Assembly (NCBI GenBank): GCA_026391215.1
Contig: JAPLDX010000106.1
Span: forward strand, 1 to 64,000
Direction of reading: 5' to 3'
Length of the DNA stretch: 64,000 nt
DNA from: Bacteroidia bacterium
GTDB lineage: Bacteria; Bacteroidota; Bacteroidia; Bacteroidales; VadinHA17
Part shown: piece after piece, positions 8,661-18,200 of the stretch
Position numbering within the stretch: the first letter of the stretch is position 1
Layout of the letters: each line of letters starts with the position of its first letter
Notes under the pieces: model-generated
What the model was told of the DNA's origin: nothing
The model's database searches: none
Seen by the model: the letters and a program-made list of their open reading frames with translations, nothing else
Translations under genes and position numbers: made by a program

Positions 8661-11077
8661 GCAGGAAAGAAAAAAATATTGAAACTGCAGCCTGTAACTG
8701 TCAGCCGGTCAATGTGAATGTGATTACCTCGGTTGTTGATGAAGTAATTGAAAAAACAGGACGGGAGAAGGATAAAGTGATTCTTATCCTGCAGGAAGTT
8801 CAGAAGAGGCTAAATTATCTGCCATCAGAAGCTCTTAAACATATCTGTAAAGTGAGCGATATAACACCTGGTCAATTATCAGGTGTATCTACTTTTTATT
8901 CACAGTTCCGGCATTTGCCGGTTGGTAAACATACTATTAAAATATGTGCCGGCACTGCGTGCCATGTAAAAGGATCACAGCTTATATCAGAAGCATTTCA
9001 AAGGGAACTCAAGATTGACGATACTCATAACATTTCACCGGATAACCTTTTTTCAATTGAAGAGGTTGCCTGCCTTGGATGTTGTACATTAGCCCCTGTG
9101 GTTCAGATAGATGGAAAAACTTATGGACATGTCAGACCTACACAGGCAGGAGAGATAATAAGGAATTTTCTTACCTCACACAGCAGAGATGTCAGCATCA
9201 GGCAAGATGATAAAGATAATGACATTGAAGCCGAAGTAAGGATCGGGCTCGGTTCATGCTGTGTTGCCGGAGGAAGCAGGGAGATCCTTTCGCGGCTAAT
9301 TGAAGTGAAAGAAGAATATGATCTTAATATCAGGATCAAACCTGTGGGTTGTGTGGGTGTCTGCAACCAGACACCTCTTCTTGAGATCGTTACAAAGGAT
9401 AAAGTTCATTCGCGATATACTAAGGTAAAGAAGGATCAGGTAGAGGAAATAGTACTGAAGCATATAACACCCGTATCATTGAATAAAAAGCTGAAGTACA
9501 GGATCAATGATCTTGCGGACACATTTTTGTCAGATGAAAAGCTTGTCAGTCCAGTGAACATGCCAGGCGATCTCAGGGAAAAATACCTGAATAATTTTCT
9601 GAATCTGCAGATTCGTCTGTCTACTATCAACAGTGGCATCATGACGCCTGATTCTTATGAAGAATATATAATACTGGGAGGTTTTGAAGCATTAAGGAAA
9701 TCTATTCACCAGCTTGAACCTTCCAACATAATTGATACAATCACAAACAGCGGATTAAGAGGACGCGGAGGCGCCGGCTTTATTACAGGACGAAAATGGA
9801 AGATCTTTTCGGGTACTTCAGGTGTTCCCAAATATGTTGTATGCAATGGAGATGAAGGTGATCCGGGAGCATTCATGGACAGAATGCTGCTAGAGTCATT
9901 CCCATACAGGATCATTGAAGGGATGCTCATTGCAGGCTTTGCTACAGGAGCTACTGAAGGCATTTTCTATATAAGAGCTGAATATCCGCTTGCAGTCTCA
10001 AGAGTCAGGAATGCGCTTCAGCAATGCTATGAAAAAGGAATCCTTGGAAAAAATATTTTTGGATCAGGTTTTTCATTCGATATTAAGATATTTGAAGGCG
10101 CCGGCGCTTTTGTCTGCGGCGAAGAGACTGCATTGATAGCCTCGCTTGAAGGTAAACGCGGTTCTCCGCATCTGAGGCCTCCCTATCCTGCTGTCAAAGG
10201 ATTCAGGAACAGTCCGACACTGGTGAATAATGTAGAAACTCTTTCACTGGTTCCCTGGATAATCAATAATGGAAGTGAAGCCTTCAGTTCAATCGGAACG
10301 GAAAAAAGCAAAGGCACCAAGGTATTTGCACTGGCTGGGAAAATATCAAAAGGCGGCCTGATAGAAGTACCTATGGGAATCACAATCAGGGAGATTGTTG
10401 AAAATATTGGTGATGGAGTTGGTGAAGGAAGATCATTCAAGGCTGTTCAGATCGGCGGTCCGTCGGGAGGATGCATACCCGCCAGCCTTTCAGATACACC
10501 AATTGATTATGAGCAACTCACAAAGATGGGCGCTATGATGGGCTCAGGCGGCATGGTTGTTCTTGATGATACGGACTGCATGGTTGATATGGCGAAATAT
10601 TTTCTGACATTCACTCATAAGCAATCGTGCGGAAAGTGCACCTTTTGCAGGGTAGGAACAAAACAAATGCTCGATATCCTGACAAGATTGAGTGAAGGAA
10701 AGGCAACAACGGATGAAATTGATGAACTTGAGAAATTATGCCACTTTGTTCAGAATGGAAGTCTCTGCGGACTTGGTAAAACTGCTCCAAACCCTGTACT
10801 GACGGGACTCAAATACTTCCATGAAGAATATGAAGCTCACACCAGGGGTTACTGTCCGGCAAAGAAATGCAGGGGCCTTATCAAATATGTGATAAATGAT
10901 AAATGCACGGGCTGCACAAAATGTTTCCAGGAGTGTCCTGTTTCAGCAATAGGATTCAAACCCTATGAAAAGCATGAGATTGACCAGCAACTATGTACAA
11001 AATGCGATAACTGCAGGGCTGTTTGCCCCGATAATGCCGTTGATTTAGTTAATGTAAATGATCAGGATAAAAATTGA
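8657..11077 (+). CDS. Fused NuoE/HydC + thioredoxin-like FeS + NuoF/HydB NAD(H)-FMN subunit with C-terminal 2x[4Fe-4S]
   Basis: CAGTAC/CLGCC 2Fe-2S; GRGGAGF, GDEGDPGAFMDR, FVCGEETAL, GGPSGG, SCGKCTFCR, CGLG; CTGCTKC...CP and CTKCDNC...CP. TTG 8657 overlaps the upstream stop (ORF track start 8642). Confidence 0.9.
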   Translation: MSRKEKNIETAACNCQPVNVNVITSVVDEVIEKTGREKDKVILILQEVQKRLNYLPSEALKHICKVSDITPGQLSGVSTFYSQFRHLPVGKHTIKICAGTACHVKGSQLISEAFQRELKIDDTHNISPDNLFSIEEVACLGCCTLAPVVQIDGKTYGHVRPTQAGEIIRNFLTSHSRDVSIRQDDKDNDIEAEVRIGLGSCCVAGGSREILSRLIEVKEEYDLNIRIKPVGCVGVCNQTPLLEIVTKDKVHSRYTKVKKDQVEEIVLKHITPVSLNKKLKYRINDLADTFLSDEKLVSPVNMPGDLREKYLNNFLNLQIRLSTINSGIMTPDSYEEYIILGGFEALRKSIHQLEPSNIIDTITNSGLRGRGGAGFITGRKWKIFSGTSGVPKYVVCNGDEGDPGAFMDRMLLESFPYRIIEGMLIAGFATGATEGIFYIRAEYPLAVSRVRNALQQCYEKGILGKNIFGSGFSFDIKIFEGAGAFVCGEETALIASLEGKRGSPHLRPPYPAVKGFRNSPTLVNNVETLSLVPWIINNGSEAFSSIGTEKSKGTKVFALAGKISKGGLIEVPMGITIREIVENIGDGVGEGRSFKAVQIGGPSGGCIPASLSDTPIDYEQLTKMGAMMGSGGMVVLDDTDCMVDMAKYFLTFTHKQSCGKCTFCRVGTKQMLDILTRLSEGKATTDEIDELEKLCHFVQNGSLCGLGKTAPNPVLTGLKYFHEEYEAHTRGYCPAKKCRGLIKYVINDKCTGCTKCFQECPVSAIGFKPYEKHEIDQQLCTKCDNCRAVCPDNAVDLVNVNDQDKN

Positions 11078-12149
11078 TAATATTGACCTGGATGCTGATG
11101 AAGGTCAGACAATCCTGAATGTGGCTTTAAAGGCAGGTATACATATTCCTACACTTTGCCATAAGGTTGGAGTAGAACATTATTCATCATGCATGGTTTG
11201 CCTTGTAAAAAACTTAAAGGCAAACAGCTTTATACCATCATGTTCCGCACTGGTTCAGGACGGGATGGAAATTGATGCATCTGGAGACGAGGTTAAGACA
11301 ATAAGGAAGAAAGCTATCGAACTGCTTTTGTCAGAACACAGGGCAGAATGTGAAGCTCCCTGCAGGATAGTCTGCCCTGCCGGATACAATATCCCGTTGA
11401 TGAACAGACTGCTGATGTCCGGAGACTATGAAAAAGCTCTTGAGTTGTCAGCATCTGAAGTAACAACTCCGGAAATTATGTGTACAGATTGCAAGGGTTT
11501 TTGTGAGAACACTTGCAGGAGAAAAAAGGTTGATCAGCCAATATCAATCCGGAACATACAATTGTTTGTTTCACAAAGTATTAATAAATATGAACAGCCT
11601 GAATCAGTTAAAGATCAAAGCATTAATGGATCCGTGGAACAGAAGGGAATAAAAATTTCTAATCCATTGAGGAAGAGGTTCTCTTCGAAGATCGGCAAGC
11701 TTGAAACTGAAGAATTTAAGGAATGGTTAAAAGAATGTACAGAAACCGGAGAACGTTTCAGGGATATCACAGATATCAATGCTGCCGGGCATGAAGCAGA
11801 AAATTGCATGCATTGTGATTGCCGTGCTTCAGGTAGTTGCCTTCTTAGAAAAACCGCTGAAGAGTTTTCAGTTAAAGATCCTGCAGGTAAGATTATAAAT
11901 GCACCGATAGCAAAAAAGATAAATCATAAAACCGGCCTGATTTTTGAGAATGCAAAGTGTATTAAATGTGGTCTCTGTGTAAGGGTTTGTGAAGACACCA
12001 GGGATGAACCTGCACTCTGCTTTTTAAACAGGGGATTTATTTCCATAATCTCGGAACCTTTAACAGAGGAGTTTGTTAATATTCTAAGAACCAAAACCGA
12101 TATTTGTGTTGACATATGTCCGACAGGCGCTCTGGGAAAGATAAAATAA
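11058..12149 (+). CDS. NuoG/HydA-N-terminus-like FeS subunit (2Fe-2S + 4Fe-4S) without a catalytic domain
   Basis: IPTLC...CMVC...SC 2Fe-2S; CEAPCRIVCP and CENTCRR; CMHCDC; CIKCGLCVRVC; CPTGAL; only 363 aa. Confidence 0.8.
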   Translation: MIRIKIDNIDLDADEGQTILNVALKAGIHIPTLCHKVGVEHYSSCMVCLVKNLKANSFIPSCSALVQDGMEIDASGDEVKTIRKKAIELLLSEHRAECEAPCRIVCPAGYNIPLMNRLLMSGDYEKALELSASEVTTPEIMCTDCKGFCENTCRRKKVDQPISIRNIQLFVSQSINKYEQPESVKDQSINGSVEQKGIKISNPLRKRFSSKIGKLETEEFKEWLKECTETGERFRDITDINAAGHEAENCMHCDCRASGSCLLRKTAEEFSVKDPAGKIINAPIAKKINHKTGLIFENAKCIKCGLCVRVCEDTRDEPALCFLNRGFISIISEPLTEEFVNILRTKTDICVDICPTGALGKIK

Positions 12150-12150
12150 G

Positions 12151-13275
12151 ATGCAGTTAAGGAGATACATATATATAATCATGGTCGTTCTGTTGAGCAC
12201 GCGGCTATCTGATGCCCAGGTCACAGATAATAACTGGTCTGTATTCCGAGGGAAAAGCGATCTTTCAGGAAGCACCCGTTACGAATTAGTGGATAAACCC
12301 GTACTATTATGGAGCGTTCCTACAGGAGGAAGAACCAAATCATCACCTGTGCTTAGTGACGGAACTATCTACTTTGGAAATGATAAAGGAACTCTTTATG
12401 CAATAAGCTATGATGGGAGGATCAAATGGAGTTTTGAAACAGGGAGCCCTGTAGAAGCTCCTCCCCTTGTCTTCGGTGATAAGGTATATGCTGGTTCATC
12501 TGACGGGGTATTCCGTGCTGTTAATAAATTAACAGGAAAGCTGGTATGGTCATATTCTACCGAAAACCAGATAGTAGGTTCAGGAAACATATGGATATCA
12601 GGCAAGCAGGCGGGAATTATCTTCGGGAGTTATGACTATTATGTGCATTGTGTTGATCCTGCATCAGGCAAGCTGCTATGGAAGCTTGAAACATTAAATT
12701 ATGTAAATGGCACTCCTGCAGTCTCTAATAATAAAATAATCTTTGGCGGATGTGACGGAATAATCAGGGTTGCAGATCCAAGGACCGGAGCAGAAAGGGA
12801 TACGTTTGATATCGGCGTCTATATTGCCGCCTCTCCTGCCGTGGTTAACGAAAAAGCATATTTCGGAGATTATGACGGGACTTTTTACTGTCTTGATATG
12901 GCTGAACGGAAAATTGCCTGGTATATAGAACCTGGTGAAACATCAGGAACAATACTTGGGATACCTGCAGTCACAGGTAATTCCGTGGTTATAGGGAATG
13001 AGGACAAGTACGTGTATTGTTATAATGCAACAGATGGCAGGTTGGTCTGGAAATACAGAACAAACGGCAGTATAACGGGTTCAGCCGTTGTTTCGACGAC
13101 TAAGGTTCTGTTTGGAAGCACGGACGGATATGTATATATAGTTGGAATAGCAAACGGTAAGAAGATATGGAGCTTCAATGCAGGAGCCCCGGTAAGCAGC
13201 TCTCCTGCCGTTACGCAGGACAGGTTCTATTTCCTTACAGAGGACGGAAGATTGCTGGCATTCGGTAATAAATAA
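12151..13275 (+). CDS. Secreted PQQ-binding-like (BamB-like) beta-propeller protein
   Basis: Signal peptide, WSVFRG, regular SSP-V...YxGxxDGxxYA...GxxxW blades. Confidence 0.85.
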   Translation: MQLRRYIYIIMVVLLSTRLSDAQVTDNNWSVFRGKSDLSGSTRYELVDKPVLLWSVPTGGRTKSSPVLSDGTIYFGNDKGTLYAISYDGRIKWSFETGSPVEAPPLVFGDKVYAGSSDGVFRAVNKLTGKLVWSYSTENQIVGSGNIWISGKQAGIIFGSYDYYVHCVDPASGKLLWKLETLNYVNGTPAVSNNKIIFGGCDGIIRVADPRTGAERDTFDIGVYIAASPAVVNEKAYFGDYDGTFYCLDMAERKIAWYIEPGETSGTILGIPAVTGNSVVIGNEDKYVYCYNATDGRLVWKYRTNGSITGSAVVSTTKVLFGSTDGYVYIVGIANGKKIWSFNAGAPVSSSPAVTQDRFYFLTEDGRLLAFGNK

Positions 13276-13282
13276 ACTATAT

Positions 13283-14587
13283 ATGAAGATCGTATATCTC
13301 ATAACCGGATCCGGAGGATCATTTTATTGTGCCAACTGTTACCGCGATATGCTCTACTTCAGAGCTATACGGAAAGTGCCAGGCACGACCGTTCAGGCTG
13401 TTCCTTTATATCTGCCGCCTGACAGGGAAATATCCGATGAAAACGAATTTGATAAGGAAGTTTTTTTTGGAGCAATCTCATTATACCTGAGGGAAAAAGT
13501 GAAAATATTCAGGAACATGCCTGCTTTTCTTGAGAAATTCTTTGACTCCAGACCATTCTTAAAACTGGCATCTGGCATGGCAGGGACCACAAGAACGGAA
13601 GGACTTGAGGACCTGACACTTAATATGATTGAAGGCGACAATGCATTCCGTAAGAATGAAATGGACAGGCTTGTCAGCTACCTGATCAAAGATGGGAAAC
13701 CTGATGTGATACACCTTTCAAATGCCCTGATACTGGGATTGGCACGGCAACTGAAAAAGAGGATGGATGTAAAAATCGTTTGCTCACTGCTGAATGAAGA
13801 TGACTGGATTGATGATATGACTGAACCTTACCGAAGCAAAGCCTGGAGCATGATCGCTGCTGAATCGATTTATGTTGACAGTTTTGTCACTCCAAGCAGA
13901 TACTTCAAAGAAATTGTCATTAAGAAGACTGGATTGATGGGTAACAATATCCATATAGTTCCGCTGGGTTTTGATCCTCCTCCGTCTCATGAGAAATTAA
14001 AGGACCAGTCAAAACCGCCGGCACTAGGGTATTTCTGCAGGGTCAGCCAGCATAACGGATTTGACAAGCTTGTTGATGCGTTCATTGAACTGAAGACAAA
14101 GAACCTTCAACCTGGCCTTACGCTGAATGTATGCGGAGGCTATACAGGTGACGATAAACCTTTTATTTCCACCCAGATAAAGAAAATAAGAGAACATGGA
14201 TACCAGAAAAGTATCAGGATCTACCCTGAATTCAGCGGAGACAAGAAAACCGAATTCTTTAATAATGTGGATGTCATCAGTGTACCAGTCCGTAAATATG
14301 ACGGATATGGTCTGTATATTCTTGAAGCTAACAGCGCGGGCATTCCGGTCGTACAGCCTGCAACGGGTGCGTTTCCGGAAATATTGGAAATGACAGGTGG
14401 AGGGATAACTTATTCACCGGATACTGTTGAAGAACTTGTTGCGGCCCTGCTCAGGATGTTCACAGATAATGATCTGCGTAATAAGCTGGGAAATACCGGA
14501 AGCACAAAGGTAAGGTCCATGCTTTCGCTTAATAAAATGTCTGCAGGTTTGTCTGTGGTTTATAATGAGTTGTTAACCCTGAAATAA
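13283..14587 (+). CDS. Glycosyltransferase family 4 (GT-B) protein
   Basis: DGYGLYILEANSAGIPVV...GAFPE GT4 signature; N-terminal YCANC. Confidence 0.85.
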   Translation: MKIVYLITGSGGSFYCANCYRDMLYFRAIRKVPGTTVQAVPLYLPPDREISDENEFDKEVFFGAISLYLREKVKIFRNMPAFLEKFFDSRPFLKLASGMAGTTRTEGLEDLTLNMIEGDNAFRKNEMDRLVSYLIKDGKPDVIHLSNALILGLARQLKKRMDVKIVCSLLNEDDWIDDMTEPYRSKAWSMIAAESIYVDSFVTPSRYFKEIVIKKTGLMGNNIHIVPLGFDPPPSHEKLKDQSKPPALGYFCRVSQHNGFDKLVDAFIELKTKNLQPGLTLNVCGGYTGDDKPFISTQIKKIREHGYQKSIRIYPEFSGDKKTEFFNNVDVISVPVRKYDGYGLYILEANSAGIPVVQPATGAFPEILEMTGGGITYSPDTVEELVAALLRMFTDNDLRNKLGNTGSTKVRSMLSLNKMSAGLSVVYNELLTLK

Positions 14588-14593
14588 AATAAT

Positions 14594-15259
14594 ATGTTAG
14601 TAATTGAGGGTATCACCAAATCATTCATTCAGAGAGGCATTGTCCTTGATAAGCTGGAGCTTTCTGTAAAAGAAGGCGATTCGATAGCAGTGACCGGATC
14701 TTCAGGATCAGGCAAAACAACCCTGATGAATATTATAGGTCTGCTTGACAAGCCAGATTCAGGTGACCTGTTTTTCAGGGGAAAGTCAATACTTACCTTT
14801 ACTCCCGATGAGTCAGCTTTGTACAGGAACAGGAATATAGGTTTTATTTTTCAGGATAATCTGCTCCTTCCCCATCTTACAGTTGAGGAAAATATTATGC
14901 TGCCACTGTTTGCAGCAAGGATTTCTGAAGACGAATATAAAGAGAAAAGAAAATATGCGGATCTTCTGATGGAAAAAACCGGCATTAAAGGATTATACGG
15001 AAAATATCCATTCCAGATTTCCGGTGGTGAAGCCCAGCGTGTTACACTGGTGAGAGCTCTGATCAATAAGCCTTCCCTCCTGCTCGCTGATGAGCCTACA
15101 GGATCGCTTGATGCAAAAAATGCTATGCTCCTTGGTGAACTCCTTACCAGTTTGAATAATGAAACAGGTACTGCGATGATAGTCGCGACGCATTCCTCTG
15201 ACCTGGCTGCAAAAATGAAAGTGCATCTGCGGCTGGAAAATGGCAGGCTTATTCCATAA
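14594..15259 (+). CDS. ABC transporter ATP-binding protein (LolD/MacB type)
   Basis: GSSGSGKT, ISGGEAQRV, LLADEPTGSLD, ATH. Confidence 0.92.
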   Translation: MLVIEGITKSFIQRGIVLDKLELSVKEGDSIAVTGSSGSGKTTLMNIIGLLDKPDSGDLFFRGKSILTFTPDESALYRNRNIGFIFQDNLLLPHLTVEENIMLPLFAARISEDEYKEKRKYADLLMEKTGIKGLYGKYPFQISGGEAQRVTLVRALINKPSLLLADEPTGSLDAKNAMLLGELLTSLNNETGTAMIVATHSSDLAAKMKVHLRLENGRLIP

Positions 15260-15278
15260 GTATATAATCATTATTTTA

Positions 15279-18200
15279 ATGAGGTCCCTGGGAGAAACAA
15301 TTAGACGTTCCATCCTGTTCTACAGAAAGGATGCTTTAAACCAGGTCATAATTGTGACCTTGTTATCAGCAATAATAACAGGTTCGCTGTTGACAGGACA
15401 TTCTGTAAGGTCCAGCCTGCTGAAGAATGCTTCTGAAAGACTTGGTAATACTGCGATTGTCATCAGCTCAGGACTTCGCTACTTTGATGCCTCATTATCT
15501 GACAGAATTACGAAACAAACCAGGGAAATAACTACCTCTTTTCTTGAGACAGACGGATATTGCCAGAATTTCTCAACAGGAGCAACAGTTTTAAACACAA
15601 AAATATACGCAATCACCGAAAATTTCTGGTTATTCCATAGACTTGACACCATCAAAATTGTTCCTGGAACAGTAGCGATAAACTCCGTCCTGGCAGATCG
15701 TCTTGGAGTTAGTACAGGAGATGAGCTGATTATAAAATTACAGGATATCGATCCCATTCCTTCAAATGCCCCATTCTCTATGTCCCGCGGAAATGATGTT
15801 TCAAAAGTTGTAAGAGTCGGAATGGTGCTCAATCCTGATCAAATGGGAAATTTTTCTCTTGGAATAAGCCAGCTAGCTCCGCTAAATGTATTTATAAGCC
15901 TGTCAGATATTGAAGAAAGCCAGCGGACTCATTCAAGAGTTAACAGAATGCTTTTTCAGAATAGCAGAAATCTTCCCGTTTCTTTCTACCGTGAAGCTTT
16001 ATCAAAACTTCTTATGCCTTCCGATATAGGACTGACAATCAGGAGATCTCAGAAAACAGGTGAAACGGAGCTTATCTCTGACAGGATTTTTATTGACAGC
16101 GCAATTGTTTCAGATATCATGGCCGGAATACCTTCAGCCTCACCTGTAATAACATACCTGGGAAACAATATACGGGTAGGTAGCAGGTCTACACCTTATT
16201 CATTTATAACTTCATCCTCCTATAATGCTATTGGAGAAAACGAAATTGTTATAAGCAGGTGGCTTGCTGATGATCTTGATGCAAAAACGGGAGACACACT
16301 TATACTAACCTGGTATGATCCGGGTTACAGAAACAAGCTTGAAGAAAAAAACAGGAGCTTCATAATAAGTAATGTACTGGCAAATGATCATCCTTATTCT
16401 GATCCCTCGCTGATGCCTGATTTTCAGGGCATATCAGGCAGTACTACCTGTTCGTCATGGGATGCCGGTGTTCCGATACTTATGGATAAGATAAGGTTGA
16501 AGGATGAAGAATACTGGAATAAATATAAGGGAACACCCAAGGCATTCATAAGCTACAGGACAGGTATGAAGCTATGGGGAAACAATTTCGGTCCTGCTAC
16601 TGCGGTAAGATTCCCTGGTACATCAGAACCAGAAGAAATAACTGCCGGTATTACGAAATTACTTGATCCTCTGAAAGCCGGATTCACAATAACTGATATC
16701 AGGGGAAAAAGCGGCAATGCTGCCACCAGTGGGGTTGATTTCAGCACCCTTTTTCTTGGTCTGGCATTTTTTATTATTGTTTCATGCCTGATCCTGTTAT
16801 CACTGGCAGTCTCAATGTTCTTTGATTCCAGAAAAGGCCAGATAAGAACTTATTTTGCTCTTGGATTCAAGAATAAGCAGATACGGAACCTTCTCCTTTC
16901 GGAGACGATGACAATTTCTGCAGCCGGTGCAATTACTGGAGTTTTCCTTGGATACTTTATTAATATTATAATCATTAAAGCGCTGAATTCAGTCTGGATT
17001 GGAGCAGTACAGACAAATACCCTCTCGCCTGATTTCGATTTCATATCGCTCCTCACCGGCTTCCTTGCGACAATGATCATAGCCTACATCATGCTTCTTG
17101 TTAAATCAGGGAAATTTCTGAAAAGTCTATCTGAAAAGGAAACAGGTGAGCTGAAAGATCAGTCTCAGAGGCTGAACCTTTTATTTTTTATATTGAGCTT
17201 ATTCAGCTGGATAATTTTGTTTATTCTCTCATTAGTGATTGATGCCTTTTCCACTGCACTTTCCTTTACAGCCGGAGCACTTGCTTTCTGTACTTTAGTT
17301 TTTGCACTAAGGCAGTATTATATCAGAAACGTACCAGATAGGAACAATATAAAATCCCTGCGACGCAATCTTGAGAAGCAGTATTTTCATTTCCAACCTT
17401 CACATGCTATCACTCCGGTCATCTTCATCGCAGCAGGTATATTTGCAGTTATAATCACAGGCGCCAACCGGCAGACAATAAATAAAGAAATGCTATTACC
17501 TTCAGGAGGAACCGGAGGCTATTTATTATGGGCGGAATCAGCTGTCCCGGTCAGAGAAAACCTGAATAGCATTGAAGGCAGAAAAGATTTCGGACTTGAT
17601 GAGACAGAACTGAAAGATCTTATTTTTGTTCAGGCAAAGAAATTGTTTGGAGATGATGCAAGTTGCCTGAATTTAAACCATGTAACCGCTCCGTCAGTTC
17701 TTGGAATTGACCCTGAGGAATTTATTGCCAAAGGATCATTTTCCTTTGCATCCCGGATAAAAGGTTTAGAGAATAAAAATCCCTGGGATCTTCTGAATGA
17801 AACACCGGACGACAATACTATTTATGGTATAGCGGATCAGACAGTTCTTGAGTGGGGGCTTAAGATAAAGGTTGGTGATACTCTGGTTTATAGAGCGGAG
17901 AATGGCCAGATTCTTAATATAGTGATTGGTGCAGGCCTTAAATCTTCTGTGTTCCAGGGATATCTTTTGGTTGGTTCTGAGAATTTTTCAGAATATTTCC
18001 CTTCAGTATCAGGGAATTCAATATTTCTTGCAGATGGGGACCCGGGATTATCAGACTATTATGCGGGGATATTAAGCGAGAGATTATCAGGATACGGAAT
18101 ATCAGCAGAACCTGCTTCCCGTAAGCTTGCATCATTTTTTGTTGTAGTCAATACATACCTCAGTGTATTTATGGTTCTTGGAATCCTGGGTATGGTGCTT

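Noticed and set aside
8657-12149. Calling these genes respiratory complex I nuoEFG or an [FeFe]-hydrogenase
   Set aside because: No other nuo genes, no H-cluster motifs, and extra FeS domains are present
1028-13275. Calling the propellers bamB or PQQ dehydrogenases
   Set aside because: Multiple paralogs with TM anchors, no bam context and no recognisable quinoprotein catalytic motifs
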